A stretch of 64,000 nt of DNA from Marsupella aquatica (taxonomy: Eukaryota; Plantae; Marchantiophyta). The stretch is taken from NCBI GenBank assembly GCA_973895155.1, contig OZ316893.1, positions 13,222,359-13,286,358 of the forward strand, read 5' to 3'. A model generated the notes under the pieces. That model was given only the letters and a program-made list of their open reading frames with translations, did not search any database and had not been told where the DNA came from. This document shows positions 1 to 21,700 of the stretch, in pieces (position 1 is the stretch's first letter; every line of letters begins with the position of its first letter). A program made the translations under genes and the position numbers.

Positions 1-152
1 AATTTACAATACTATCACGGTTTTTATTGTATTTTTTAAAATGTCACGGTTTCCGTATATAGCTCCCCTGGATACCTTTGGCAACTTCTCATCCATATAC
101 AAAATCATGGCATTTTTATAAATACAAAAAAACCATGGCAATATTGTCAAAT
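1..152. mobile_element. Fold-back/MITE-like inverted repeat, truncated at the window start
   Basis: 1-60 (aatttacaatactatcacggtttttattgtattttttaaaatgtcacggtttccgtatat) aligns by eye at roughly three quarters identity to the reverse complement of 95-152, with a ~35-nt spacer. Confidence 0.55.
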
Positions 153-1250
153 AGATTATCTTTAGTGGCAAACTACTTAAAAACTCGTTTTCTTTTTCAT
201 TTATATCCGTTTTGGTTTTTCTTGATAGACTCCTTGTGTGTGTTGAGCTTTTGGAAGGCTTTTATTTTGTACTGCTGTGGTGGGCACATGATGCCGTGTT
301 AGTTCAATAGACATGGAATCAACATTGTTCAGGCACAAGCTACTAGAGTTCATGAGATTAATGCAGTGGAAACTTTGAATATTATAATGGGTGTGGTACG
401 AGCACTAGTACCTTGAGAACTGTTTCATCACTGAAGATGATGGAGAGTAATATGCTGTAAAAATAGTGGTAATCCAATAAGATTCTGAATAAAGAGGGGC
501 CAAGAATAATTTTCTTCTAAATTTTAGGATACCCATGCAAGCCTAAAATTGTTGCACGTATTGGGGGGCTCCATATACTGAAACCCCCAAGGATGTCGAT
601 GGAGGGAGGCAACAGCTCGTAGGAGGTGGGGGCAGCTGCAAGCACAAGTGCATTAGGCACTGCTTTCAAGTTGGGAGGCGAGGGAGGGAGGGAGGAAGGT
701 TGTAAGTAGGCTAGGTGGTCATCAGGTCATTGGACCCACACATTACATTAGGGTGTCTCAAAACTTGAAGTAATGATGCCCCAAACTACCAGTTTTTGTC
801 ACAGGTCAAGAGTGTGCGAACATGCATTTTTGTGTCCACCATTTTTGGGGGGAATTTGTCACAGTCCGCGATTGGAGGCAAAAAGGAGAGATTTGAGGTG
901 CCCTATTGAGGAGTGTGGGCATAAAATCACACAATGCATTAAATCAAAAAGGTAATGAGGAGACCCGTCTCATTTTACAATGGCCATCTTGAAAACTTCA
1001 GTGTTTTTTGTGTAAAAAAAAGGGAATCAAAATGTTTTGCGTTCCAAATAAAGAGAGAATCAAATTTTAAGCTTAGAAATTATAGTGTTTTCAACATCAA
1101 AGAAAGAAAAACAAAAGAGAGGACAAGAAGAGACGGAGAATGAGTTGGGTGCAAATGAACATTCCATGCGTGCACAAGGATTGAGGGGGATCCTCCCATG
1201 CCCCACCCATGCTCAAAAAGGGGGAGAACTTGGAGGTATATGCTTGATGG

Positions 1251-2273
1251 GTCCTCTGGTGTAACTTTCTTACCTAATGGGCCCCTACAAAACATTTTTA
1301 CCTAATAGGCCCCCTCGACACTTGTGCATCAGTTGTTCTTCTAGCAATCACTCTAAACAATTTTTGTTTGATGCAATGACCAACTACGTCTCCAAAAACC
1401 TATGTGGTCAACCATGACTATAAGGCAAACTGCACGTCAAACTTTGCATCCAACCTTGCACAGTCAAACAGAAAAGTCAAATGACGCGGTTAGGGAAACC
1501 ACAAATTTGCAACCGCCGCTACCCAAACTGTGAAGTGAAGACAATATGGATTATGTCCAAGATTATGTCTTTGAATTTGAACCGCCGCCGCTACACAAAT
1601 TGCGAAGTGAAGACAATATAGATTATGTCTTCAAATTTGAATATTTACCGTACCGTGGGGTGTTTATAGGGCTTATTTTTACGTGCTCCACATAGGGTTT
1701 TCTTGACATTTTTGATCTGTGCCTGTCAATACAGAGGACATGTGTGTCGTTATGATCATGGTACTTCCACTAGCACTTTTTCTATCATTGACCATTGGGC
1801 ACTTGTTTTCTGTCACTAGGCACTAGACATTGGGCTTCAATCAACAACCTAAAGCTATCAACAAAACCCGAGCATCAAGCATCCACAAAAGCATCAATAA
1901 AACCTGAGTGCTTCCCTCCCACAACACAAAGAATCAAAGAGCGACGATTGTTAGGTAACGGCGATAAACCCTAAACCCCTCACAACACACAAATACATAA
2001 TGCAATATGTCTTCATGGCTTTACCCGTCCCCCCTATTTATATCCCATTGTCGATTGTGTTATTGGCCACTTGATCGATTGGAGCACAGTTCACTATGGC
2101 GCGAACTGTGGTGTATTGGACATAAACATTAGTGTACAACATACGGCTTGTTGTGGTCAACTACACAGTTTGGCACCTCACAAGAATAATGAGTATGGCT
2201 CATCAAGAGGGGGTCTATTAGGTAAAAAAAGTTTTGTATGGGTCCATTAGGTAAGAAAGTTCCATCAGAGGGC
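1251..2273. mobile_element. Non-autonomous TIR DNA element (MITE/MULE-like), ~1 kb
   Basis: Inverted arms of ~66 bp: 1251-1316 gtcctctggtgtaactttcttacctaatgggcccctacaaaac...cctaataggccccctc versus the reverse complement of 2207-2273. No long ORF inside. Internal tandem duplication at ~1505-1640. No clear TSD. Confidence 0.65.
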
Positions 2274-2279
2274 AAAAGT

Positions 2280-3778
2280 CGCGGAACTCGACTACCTTAA
2301 CACTTAGCTCCGGCGTCACTGACTCTGATGCCGAGCTCCCTTATGGTCCAGGCCCGGATAGGACATCCGGGGAGGACTTAGCATGGGGAGACTTGTGGGC
2401 AATGAGACGTGGTACTGGCGAGGCAAGGGGCCAAGCTGGGGACACACACTAAGGACTTGGACTAGCCTATGGCTGGTCGGGTCAAGGGGAAATGGGTCGG
2501 GCTCAAGGATGGCCGTCCAGACCGTCGGATGGACTTTGAATTCTGAAGGCTTAGGAGTGAGCTCCTCTTGGGCCCAAGGCCAATGGAGTTGACGCCATTG
2601 GCAACGAACGCTTGGGGCGCAAGTTGTGGCCCGATCCGGGTTGGGCCGGTCGGGGGCCCCGAGCGGCGATCAGACCTGAGGGCCTAGGCATGAGCACTGG
2701 GTCGGCCCGGTCACAACGGGCTAAGGCACTCCGCTTGCGAATGCCTATCAAGAAAGTTATGGGCGTTGCCAGTTGGTGGCGCGCCCATTATGCACGATGG
2801 GATCCGGGTTGGGGGCCAAATGTTTAGGGACCAAAGCTGGTCCGGGGGTGGCAGGTCTCCCGAAGCATATATGAGGGGAGTGGTGTCTCCTTGGGGGCTA
2901 AGGCCGAGCCGAAGTCGTGAGCCGCGGCGGTCGCGACACTAAATGAAACCACCAAACGGAAATGGTGATATCTTCTCAACGGGAAGTCCGTTGGAGGACT
3001 TCTTGGGTGCGTTGGAAAGCTCTTGAGTATGGCTACGTCCTCCTGAGCTTAGCTGGGTCTGGGGGTGCCGTGGGTTCTCGTGGTTTGTGGGTGTTAGCTC
3101 GCCCGCTTGCCAAATCCTGCCGAACAGCAGCCAAGCCGCGTTCAGTCTCCCAAGGGAGCTTGCATTGGGGAGGCAAGGCCAAGTAGGTGTGGAGGATGAG
3201 TTCCAAGGGTGCTCGGCCCCTAGACCACTAGTGGGGCGAACCAGGAGCGGGTGCTAGAGTCGGGGCCGTTCTGGTCCCGACGTGTTGGGACAAGCTTAGG
3301 ACAAGCTTTGGGACAAGCTACGCTATTTGGGCCATGAGCATGTCCTCAAGTCAGTGTGGTCAGTTGGTGATGGATAGGTACGAGGGGGAACCCGGGCCGC
3401 GCCCAAGGAAGGAGCTGTCCTGGACGGACAGTGGGCGTGGGTTCTAGTTCCGGCTTATGGCATCGGGAGGACCTATCGTTGACCTATTTACCAACGTCTG
3501 TTGAGCTTGAGTTAGGATGCTAGATTTGGCGGAGTTCTAGATCCGGAGGGGTTACTTACCGAGGTGCTTGGTTGCTTGTGCAGATAGTGAGGACTGTTGA
3601 GTAGCGGTCGTGTAGGTGAGCAAGTGTAGCTTCGTATGGGAGGGGCCGCAGGTGGTGCTAGAGGCACTTGGATGCTTGCTCGAGGTATTTCGTGGAGGCG
3701 TTCGGGCACCAAGGGCACTTAGGCGCAAGTGTTGGGATTGGTGAGGGCGCTGGGTGGCTAGGTCCACCACTGCAAACA
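2280..3778. repeat. GC-rich TE-like remnant of unidentified family
   Basis: Abrupt GC-rich block between AT-rich flanks, with only short ORFs and no recognisable protein motif. Confidence 0.3.
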
Positions 3779-5773
3779 TATATCTTGTTTAGAGGGTTAG
3801 TAAATTGTATATTTTGGGGTACCACATGCAATCTTAGCCTAATATAAATAAATCTATTTTATAAAGAAAATATTCCAAGAATATCCTTTTTCAATATTAA
3901 TAACTCATTTTAATTTATAAAAAATATATATTAGAAAATATTCTATAAACATGAGCTCATAATACCTTTTTTTCTCCTAAGTTTTTTAAAAATTTAGTTA
4001 AATTTTATTAAAAATTAATGTTTTAGATCACACGTGGTTCCTAAGATTTTTGATAGTCAAGCACCTGAGATATTTTAAAGAACTTGAGAGATTGTTGAAG
4101 TGTCATAACTCTTTCTCCACGTAATACTCCTATGAAACAATTTCTTATGAAACACCAATGGGTTGGGGGCCAAGTGAAATTAAATAGTACATTATTCTTA
4201 TGAAACAAAAATGGGTTGGAGGGCCAAGTGCTAGGACCCAAACCAACCCCAAGGGACATGGTACTGTGGGTGAAGGGACAGAATCAACTGGAAATAATGT
4301 TACCAAAGGAGCTTGACAATATTGGGAATATGGAGTGAATGCAAATGCTCTCTTTAAAACTTGGTTGAGTCATGTAGTGCCCCTCAGGGTCTCAACATTG
4401 AAGCAGCAAGAACCAAGTAAGTTGGCAAGACATGAGAGATATATCAAAAATAAAGATGTGATAAACCAAAAGAGTCCGGAGAGGCAAGCACAATGTCATC
4501 AACAAGAGAATAGGACAAGGTGCCCCAAAATGAAGAGGCACCCTCAGCTGATGCATTTTGTGATGAGGCAAGAGCCCAACAAGAATTGGTTGTGTGCCAA
4601 TAGTGAGAGATAACATGTCTTTGACACAAGGATATCTTTATTCAAATTATCATTTTTTTACAAATTATATTTCTTGAACTATGACATATTTTATGCAACA
4701 ACAACTTTTGCGATTATAATTTTTACATAATAATCACATTAGTTTTTCAAAGATGGCTTTTGTACAATGCATAGATATTGAGTAATACATAGTAATCATG
4801 TTTGCAAGACATTATTGTGCAATGTAGTAAAATGTAAAATTTTTGCTCAAATTTTGAGAGGATATTATGGATATTGCTCATAATGTTGTGTAACATGACA
4901 TTCATACACTAAAAGTTGAGAAAAAATTTATTTTTACTAAAACTTCATAAAAATAAAGGAGAATCTTCAAAACAAATATGGCCATATCTTGAGAGTTTCA
5001 TTCTTCTTCAATAATGCCCCTGACAAATACAATCACAAATATCACTAAGATTATTAATGTCTGATTATTATTCTTGTCCAAGACTACTCAATTAAACAAA
5101 AGAATCACTCCAGACATTCAAGTCTCATTATTATTTTGGTCAAAAGCTGCCAGATCGGATCCACATCGTTGATGTGAGCATGATCCTGCAAATCCACCAA
5201 TGAGGGACTTTTATGGGTAAATTTGGTCATATCTTCCCTTTGTTACTCGTCTTTGGTCCATTTTCCAATTTTGGCCCTATGTTGGGAGGTTCGGGTCCAC
5301 GTCCTCTGCCGGACCACTTTCCTGCCAATGAGGGAATCTCATCTGCGCTAGCCTGGAAATACGTGGGAAAGATTCAAGATGACGTCTGCCCTGAGGTGGA
5401 CCTCATCCAATCCGCACACCGCTCTCCTTATTATTGTTTTATTTCTTGTTGTGTAGCGTGGAAGCAACAAATAGGAGCCACCACCAACCCTACCTGACCT
5501 TTCACTGAATGTCTTACTCACCTTGGCTCCACATCATCCATGTCATCCACATAGAATGTGTCTGGACGATACGATACTGTCAACTCTTATTTTAATATTT
5601 ATAGATATAGATACAATAAAGTATTGTTTAGAGCTCATCATGGATACAAAAAATATTATTTAGAGCGCATCATGGGATATAAATTATTTTCTTTTGTTTT
5701 CATGTTTATATATAAAATAAAATCTTGTTTAGAACACATTATGAAATATATAGCCCCTAAAAACCCAAAATTA

Positions 5774-6911
5774 TGTTGAAATTTTGATTGATTATGTTTG
5801 GCCATACTAGGTTTCCATGACTTTATTACACATAAATTATCACTAGCAATTACACTTAAATCATCACTAGCAATGACAAAAACTTGGTTTTACCATAAAT
5901 ACTATCATTTTTTGCATTTGTGGAGCAATATCTAACGGGAGAGGAAAACAATGAGAGTAAAATAAACTAGTATGTGGGTCCAGCTCAATTTTTTCCCGCA
6001 TCGGTAATATTATATTTTTTGTTTTACTAGCTCTCTTGTCTGGTCATTTCCGATCATCAAGTCTGCCAAAACTCTCTCTTAACCCTTGGCACCTCCCTTC
6101 CCTAGCATAAGGATCTCCCTTGTAGTCTAAGCGTGCCCTCCCTTGTGCGGGATGGGCAGAAAGAAAAGGGAGGGAGAAGAAGGGAAAAGGCAAAAGAGAA
6201 GAAAAAAAAGCATAAATAGTCATAAAATGCGTATTGCCATAATCATACAAATTACTCTTTGTGAAAGAAACCAATGATGTGCCCAAATATGGTGCCAAGA
6301 ATTTGGAAAGAGCTTCTAGTGCGGTACATAATATTGTCATCCTTGTTTGTCTCCACCTCTCTCATGTTCTTTTCACCTCTCTTTGTAATCCGCATTGCAG
6401 TTCCTCAATGTAGCTATCACCTGACTTGTTTTAGTGACAAATTGTATATCATTAGGGTGAGCGGGAAAGGATCTTGGAGGCAAGGAGCTAGGCAATCACA
6501 TGCACTTCATTGTCTCCCAACATTTTTGTGCAATGGATATGCGTTGGACTTGTCTATAAAAATATTGTTATGTATTTACTCAAGGTCTAGTAGGGTTACG
6601 ATATATAACCGTAGTTAGACTAACCATAGTCGGAGACGTGGTTAGGTTAACTAGGATGCAAACTATATGCCAAGCGGTGTTTGCTTGGATAAGTGAAATT
6701 TAGGCTCATTGTTATGGAGCCAATTGAGAAATGAGCAGAGCTTACACTGTGGAGACTTGGTATGGCCGACGAGCTTAGAGTTCAGTAAAGCTCTCTTGTG
6801 TGTTCCCGTGGATGTAGCCTCAAGGAGGTGAACCACATATCTCTTGTGTCGACTACTTGCACGTTGGATGTGTCATGTGCTTACCGTTCTGATTGTCGTC
6901 TATGTTCAACA
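5774..6911 (+). mobile_element. Probable Copia-type solo LTR
   Basis: Begins TGTTGAA and ends TTCAACA (inverted termini). Near the 3' end it carries CCCGTGGATGTAG...GAACCACATATCTCTTGTGTC, a motif typical of plant Copia LTR U5 regions. Flanks aatta/aatat are only an imperfect TSD, so the left boundary is uncertain. Confidence 0.5.
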
Positions 6912-8228
6912 AATATGAGATGTTTTTAAAGTTTGCATAAGTAAAAGTTGGCACTCACTAGTAAACAAATTCATAAACTCAAAAACTATTAATAGCATTT
7001 ATTTTTTAATTGTTTTGTGGGAATTCAAGTATACTTTTTGTTTGGAAAGTGTACTTTATTCGTCATGGTTTGTCTAGCAATGACAAATGTTAAAAAAAAA
7101 TTCTCATCAATTTTAATGGCAAATGGAAACAAAGAAAAAACACATAAATGTAGAATCATAATGATCATGTTGAAACGAGACTAACTTTATATAGAGCTTA
7201 AAGTCTTTTTTTTTCAAATGTATGTTTCTATATGATTATGATAAATATAGAATCATAATGATCATGTTGAAAGGAGAAACATTTGATTTTCTTTTTTTCA
7301 AATGTATGTTTTACTAATAAATAGAAAGTCATAGCCTTATTTTGGTAGAGATTTTATAATAATAGAATAATTTGATGTTTTGAGAAAAATTGTTTATGCT
7401 TGAATTTATTAGTGAGTTTGAGATTAAGCATGACTCTTTTGGTGTGTATTCAAGGAGATAATCAGAACCCCTACACATGAAACCCTAAAGTAATGTAAAT
7501 TTCTTCTAAGTGTCAAGAACATGAATGAACCCCACTTTTGGGAGGGGTGAATGTTAAAACTCTTTGAAGCCAACATGATTAATTCAGGGTTTAGGGTACT
7601 ATCTTTGCAAAGTGGGGAAGAAGCTTTCTTCCAAACAAGAAGTAATTGCCAACCTCGAGAGGATCACATGAGGGAGTGGCTATTAAATACCTAGAACAAC
7701 TCAAGTTGTACTACCAGTGTATGTATACCAGGCCCATGAGCAAACCTAAGTGGTCACATTAGGCCAAATAATATGGTGTGCAATTCAATACACAACATGT
7801 TTTCAAATACTTCATGGGCCATTTCTACATGATTATTATGGCTGTCCACAACATTGTCTGGGTCCAATTTTGGGCCCCCGTCATGTCCACATATATTTGT
7901 TCATCTAACAAACCAAGGCTAGAAAACAGCAAACCAAATCTGGAGACGTAGCCCCCAAGGCCAGAGACCCAATAAAGGGGGAAAAACCCTAGGAAGACCA
8001 CATAGCCAAATAAGCTCTATATTCCCAACAATCTTGATTTCTCTCAAGATTGGATTTCCATTATATATCAGATTGCCAAAAAACAAAAAAGCCAAACTAG
8101 ATGGCACATGCAAAAACCTATTAAAGGGAGGAGGTAAAAGGGAACCTAATAAATGTAGGTAAAAAGGGAATGTCACGGAGATGGCCAGAGGACAAATAAC
8201 AAAAGGGCTGCTGTTTCAAGCAAGAAGG

Positions 8229-8302
8229 TGTCTGATCGCGGGCTCGAACCGCGGACCTCTAGTGTGTGAGACTAGCGTGATGACCAACTACACCAACCAG
8301 AC
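8229..8302 (-). tRNA. tRNA-Val, anticodon CAC
   Basis: Reverse complement GTCTGGTTGGTGTAGTTGGTCATCACGCTAGTCTCACACACTAGAGGTCCGCGGTTCGAGCCCGCGATCAGACA folds as a cloverleaf: acceptor GTCTGGT/ATCAGAC, anticodon stem CTAGT/ACTAG with loop CTCACAC, and a GGTTCGA T-loop. Upstream TATAAAA (~-30) and CAA (~-6); TTTT terminator ~25 nt downstream (8201-8204). Confidence 0.97.
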
Positions 8303-8901
8303 CCGGTTGCCTTCCAGTAGAGTGTTTTTATACTTAAAAAGTTAAATCCTACCGGATTCATTCCCGCCACAGAATTCTTTTGAACTTGTAGCAACCCAAT
8401 TACAAATGGAGGCCCTAAAATGAACAGACTGTGAGGAAAGTGTGAGCGATCGAGAGCACACCCGACCTCTTCATTAATTGATCGGCAGATTGCTGAAGAT
8501 GAGCCACCGATTCTAGTCCCATCAGTGTGAAGATCTGTATTTGCACCTCAATTGCGGCGAATCGGAAACATGAATGAATCTGCAGAGCAAACAAGCAGGA
8601 AATGCGAAAGTTCAGCACTCCAATGGAGAGCTCTGGGTGTTTCGATCTTTCATGATGATGTGTAGAACTGTTTGACGAAGTGAGGAAACTAGAATTCCCT
8701 CACTTTCCATTCAGACTTGCATGACGTTGTGATTTTATCCGAATTCGAGTGCTGTGATTCGGAATCGAGTGGTGTAGAGAGAAATTTGATGAGGTTCAAC
8801 ACATTTTGATACTGTCCAAACCCCGAGAAGGTTTGTTTGCTCGACATGATCGCGGCAGTGGTGGTATAAGTCGGATACTTAGATCTCCAGCAACAGCAAG
8901 C

Positions 8902-15786
<6,885 letters not shown>

Positions 15787-18624
15787 TTTGAACCCATATC
15801 AAGGCGCGACGACGCTTGTTGGCTAATACTCAATGAATACCCGGCCATTAAGGGCAAGAGGAATGGACTAGTGGCACTGTGAATGTTCCGGGGAGCACAT
15901 CGAGAAGAAGCTTAATTACCTTTGCGAATCATCTGTTCAAAGGTACCCGATCACCCGGGTGAAAAATAACGGAAGCCTCATGAGAAGGGAACAATCGGAG
16001 TAAGGCATCAGGCAGGCACAGTGAGGACCAAATGATCTGTGCGTCAGTATGAGGACCCCATGAGCCGCACTTGGTGACCCTGATGAAATATCACGGAAGC
16101 CTCATGAAAAGGGTCCTCGCCTCGATGGTAGCATCACTAGTGCACCACGGTAGCTGTGTCCCTTCTCGTGGGGTCCCTTGATGTTTCAGGAAAGTCACTC
16201 TTTCCAAATGAACCAAAACCTACAGCACTTCTGATACCTCCGAGGACAACGTCGTGGTGGCAGTATCTGTTTGATGAGTAAGAGTATTGTGTCAAGGGAT
16301 CATGTTCTGATCAAGTTCACTGTGACAACTAGCACCAAATGTGAGATTTTGCTTCCCCTAGAATGGAGGTTATTTCCATAATTCAGCACTAGGTAGTGAT
16401 CAATGGGGACTCAATTATTAGGGGAAGCAGAAACGGGTTCCGGCTACAAAGGATGTGAAGGCATGTGTTCTAGAAAATGCCTTGCTGTCTAGATTTGCTA
16501 TTTTTGATCTAATGCCTTGCTGTCTAGTTTTGCTATTTTTGATCTGGCAGATTGAGCTCTTTCAGAATGGGGCCGTGGTGTTTTCAGAATACAGCACTAT
16601 CGTGATGATTAATATGTCAGGACACTCTTGTCATATGAACGCCACAAGAATGCCAACTTCATTCGAAGTGGCCACAAGCGTTACACGAGAGGGAAGGTTT
16701 TTGCAAACGACGTTCAACTTCGTGAGGAGAAGTGAATCGCTGGTCTGTGATGTTAAGTAATTTTGTTGGTGGTAGTTAAGAGCTTCTACTTCAGCAGCAG
16801 TACCTGAGAGCGGCAGTTGAAAATGAAAGCCATTTGAGGGGGGATCAGTTGAAGAGCCGCTTGGCATGTGAACGACCAACTGAAATGGCTCCTCTTCGAA
16901 CTTCACTGTGCACTTTCTGTGGACATTTGCTTTTGAGCAGAGAAAGGATCCAATGACCAAAATTGAAACCTGTAACGCCTGTCAGTCAGGGACAGTATAA
17001 TACACATGCCTCCTGCCTTGTATACCGGCCATGGTGTGATCTGCCGGGTAACTGATGGGGGTTTTTGGAATGTCATCCCCGACTGTAGTTTGCTCTATTT
17101 TTCACACTAGTTTTTGGTTCATCCTCAATCAAATTTATTTTTATTTAGAGTCAATGTCACTTTTGTCCATCCTCATTTAAAATTTTGACCATGTTGAATC
17201 TAGTTTTCAGTTTTGTATGAATTGGCAGTTATGGTCTAGAAGCTCACTCTAGACCTAGGCCCTTAAGAGTAGGCTTCAGTTTCAGCTTTTATAGTAAGAT
17301 TGCTTGAAATTGGATAACATTCAAGATGGGCTAGTTGCCCCTTTTATAGTAAGATTGATTGAAATTGGATAACACTCAAGATGGGCTAGCCAGTAAGACC
17401 TAATCTCATAGCAATGGGGCCAGGCTGGAGGGGGGTATGGCTCAACCATGCACAGAGAGACAATGTGTAACTACATGAGGTTTTTGTGTACATAGTAAAA
17501 ATGGGGTTTGTGTATATAGTAAATTATCTATTGCTTACCTTTACAGGGTCCTCTCCCACGAGTCCAACAACACAACACATGTTTTGGCTGCTTATGTGTG
17601 AAGTACCAACAAATATGTTGGCTGCGCATATGTGAAGTACTGGAAATAGTAGACTGAGAACTTTCTAGTTGGGAGATTTTAAATGGCCACCTGTGACAGT
17701 TTGGAAGCATGTTAAAATAGCTTTTTGCCATCCATAATCACTAGCCAAATTACCACTGCTGTACCCACTTGTTCCGGTCCTAAAGCGCAGAGAATGATTG
17801 ACTCGACTTGGAATTTCTCTAGGTCTGGATCAGCTCAGGGAACAAGCAGCTATGGGCAGTTGTAAACAGGAAAAGTATCAAAACAAAAATAGTAATATCC
17901 GCAAACATTGGAGGTTAGCCAATTGGTGAAACTACTTAAGAAGCAGGGATTTCATCCGGTTGAACATCTACATGGGAATGATGGCTTATGTGAAGAACTT
18001 TCCAAAGGACTCTAGCATAATTTGCAAACCACACCAACTGAATTCAATTAAGATGGCTTAGTGCTGGTAGATGATGCTCAAATGATGATAGTGATTCAAA
18101 CTAGCTTTTCACCATTCCAAAATGTCAATTCAAGGCAACTAATATAGATAGAGCCTCAGAATATTCAGTAAGGGAGTAAATTCCTATTGTGCCTTGCAAC
18201 GAGGTTGTCATGGCATGGCTAAGGAACCACTCGCACACCATACAATTATTAATATGCATTTGTCAGACTTTTGTCTAGCCTGCCCAACTGCCAGATCATT
18301 TCCCAAGTGATGCAATTGCGTGAGTGTTGGGGTTCCAGCAAAGGATTTTTCTAACGTTGGGGCCTGGTTGCCTCAATTTCTCCACTAAATGAAGAAGGGT
18401 TTTTTTTTCTGAAGTGTTGGGGTGGTTTCACTAAACCAGCGAGCAATAACCTCACGCACAACTCTGGCCCATTCAGGTATGGTGTTCACCCATTTACATG
18501 GCAACCAATGGGCCCAAAGAAATGCTGATGTGGAGTGCTTATTTTGTCTGAAATTAGACCATCTCAGAAGGCTTGTATAGGTGGTCTAAACATTCAGAAA
18601 CTTTGGCTCCTTTAAAAGGATTTA

Positions 18625-18799
18625 CATTTATTGATCTTGATTTCAAAATACTTTTGGGAGACATTTACTCTACTTGATGGACACCCAAATAGAAAAATGT
18701 TACTTGATGGGCATTTATTGATCTTGATTTCAAAAGACTTTTGGGAGACATTTACTCTACTTGATGGACCCCCAGATCCAAAAATGTTACTTGATGGAC
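18625..18799. repeat. 87-bp tandem duplication with tacttgatgg sub-repeats
   Basis: catttattgatcttgatttcaaaa.acttttgggagacatttactctacttgatgga occurs at 18625 and 18712. An inverted sub-repeat, ccatcaagtaaatgtctc, lies at ~18888. Confidence 0.75.
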
Positions 18800-21700
18800 A
18801 CCATGAGTGATCCTGACCATTGATAGACCCTAAATCAACATACCCAAACATCCTGGGGTTTTGGGGATAAAACTTTGGTTTTCGGGCCCATCAAGTAAAT
18901 GTCTCAAACGTTTGGTTTGGATTCTGTCTTTAAAACAACAAAAAATGGCTTCCAGAGAATTCTTGATCTTTGGCTGTTATACCATGTTGGAACTTTCAAC
19001 AACATGGACCTGCTAGGAATTTAACCTAGCTAGGACCCTCCCGATCTTTGGCTTTGGATAGTGATGTACCACCGAGCTAGAGGCCCTTCATGCCTGCACC
19101 ATCTCTCCTTCGAGTGTGGTTCGTTTTTGACATATCTCTGATTGAGCGTTAGTGTAATGGGGGACAGCAAGGTGAGCTCCTTCAATTTACTGCTCATTCT
19201 TGAAGCTTGGGACCAATTGCTCAAGCTATGTAAGGAATCCTGACAATTTCATCCCGAATTTTGCCGGACCAAAAGAACTCAACAGCCTAAGCTCGAGCAC
19301 AAATTCCAATTCCAAATTCCAATTCCAATTAGATCATCAGGAGAACTGTACTCCACAATCGTGGCAAGCTTTTGACACTCGACCTTTTTCTTTCTGATAA
19401 CACGGCACCCTCCCATCCACCCACCCACCCCTGCATCGCTTCTGTGCGTGATGGAGGCTGGAGGGTTAGCAGAATTGAATCTTGATTCCCACGCTTTGAG
19501 CTTCATCAGTAAGTTGTGTTGCTTCCATCGGCACCCGATTTTGAGCATGACCTTCCCACCGAAAGCCACATGCTCGAGTAAGCATGATCAGGACGAGTGT
19601 CGAAACGTCCAAACAGCTCGCGCACACATGACGTTCCAACAATCCAACCGGATTATCACCATCACCACATACCTACCACAAAGACAGCCCAGCGCCCCAC
19701 CGTGCGAGTGATAAAGAATCAGTTTAGACAACTGTCCCAAAAAGAGAGAGCAAAGTCTCAACCCTCCTTCCCCTCCACGCCTCACCCCCCTTCTCACCAC
19801 GCGACGAGACACAAGAGCTGGACGGATCGACTCTATGGAAAGACATCAGGGCCAGATTTTGTTGGAGGTCGTGTGGGCCAACTTTTTGACCAAGCCCAAG
19901 GCACAAGGCGATAACCAGCTCAGCAGAAGGAGGACCGAAGAAGCAAGCAACTAAAAAGCGGTAGCTACCTGCCTCGGCAGGGGCCTTGACCAATTTGTGT
20001 AGCTCCTGTTGGTTGAAAATGCAACGAAAAAAAATGGACATTTTTTCTATTCAGCCTTCAGTCCGCGACCTGTCCTAATGAGTTTGGTCTGTTGTGGATA
20101 TGCTGATGTCTGTTGAAACAGCAAGTATGGCGATGGTCCCTCACAGCGAACCAGCTCCGTTAGATTCGCCTTGAATCGGCAGCACCCAAACCATGAATCG
20201 CGGACACTAAGGTTGCTACAGTCTTCCCCTATGATCTGTCCAGACACTAAACGTGTCGCTACTTTTTCGTGTGCCAACTCGATTGTTACTGTTACCAGCC
20301 CAACGGGTCGAGTGCAGTCGGATGCATGACACAACCAGACGTAAGCAGCGGTCGGAAGAAGAGGAGCTGTACCTCTTTGGATGACCATCCTCGAGAACTT
20401 TTCTTTCCATGCACCTAACAATGTAGGGCGAGCTCTACGCGGGGAGAGAATTCGTCCCGCTCGGAACTCGGAAGGAAAATGAACACTGAACGGTCGTGCA
20501 AGGTCCAAAGAGCGCTTTCTAGAACTGACAGCTTTATTTTCTCCTTCGTTCAACTACTGGGTATCCGTCTCGTTGACTATTTGGAGCAGTCCCGCAAAAC
20601 GTTGGAATGTGAAGCATAGCTTGTAGAGAATCGTGGAGATTCCGAATCATCATTTTGGAAGGATCTGCCCCAAAAGGAAAGTCTGTTGTCCCAAAAGTTT
20701 TTTGGGAATGTTGGAGGCCTCAAATGAGTGACTCCTGACACAATTATCCACTCGCAGTACCCAAGGGGGATGTTGTTGGGATTTACGTTGAAGAGCCTAG
20801 TCCTGACACATTTCATAGTTACTGACACGGAAGATCTTCCTCTGGCATTGGCCAAATTGATTGCGCAAGTCTACACAGTGTACACCCGCTACCTTTTCGT
20901 CAATCATGCAAGAATCCTAAATGATGATTGGTAATTTCAAATGCAGCGCAACAAAACCCGAAGTCAATCATCTAGCAAGCGAAAATTATCTGAAACAAGT
21001 CTAGTGAATCCTTTCCCATGACAGATCCTCCTATTTCTCTTGTAGACAAAGGCAATCCAAAACCTTTCATCTCTCAATCAGTTCTACTTGGCTTGGGCTT
21101 CATAGTCCCACACCATGCAGCACTTCTTGGTGACTTGAAGATAGACGTGCACTACAAGTGCCGACCGATTCACCCAGGACATTTCTGGACATTCTACGAA
21201 CATGCTTGCCATTAATCCTCTCGAACATACAGTACCCTCATTATAGGCCAAGAACCGAAGTCTTGGTTGGGGTCCAACACAGACGTCCCAAGGGCCACAA
21301 GGGACGCCTTGCTCGTTGATGAGATTTGTTCGCCCCTCAAACATGTTACTTAGTGCTTTCTCACTAGTGCATCCGCTCGCATTGCAATGCGAGACAGGAG
21401 GGAATGGACTTGAACTACAGTACCATATCTCTCTGAACTAGAGATTTTGATATCGATATCGTATGTACAATGCTGGGGTTCACAATGCAGGCTTGAGACA
21501 TGTCTACTCGATTCAGGTGGGTTGATAAACTGTACAGAACCCACTTTTGACAAGTAACAGACTGCCAAGAAACACCACCAAATGGGACCTTTCAACCAGG
21601 GATAACACATCATAATCATCGCAACCTTTGCTTGATCTTCAGACCACGACGGACAGACTAGAACGAAACGCTTGATGGTTGGAAGAACACTTTTTACTTC

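Noticed and set aside
1966-1978. aaaccctaaaccc telomere-like motif (also ~7480 and ~7587)
   Set aside because: At most two units; too short to call an interstitial telomeric repeat.
20047-20553. 168-aa minus-strand ORF and scattered splice-like sites at 17-22 kb
   Set aside because: No recognisable domain and no consistent exon chain. A spliced XXT 3' UTR or lncRNA is possible but unsupported.
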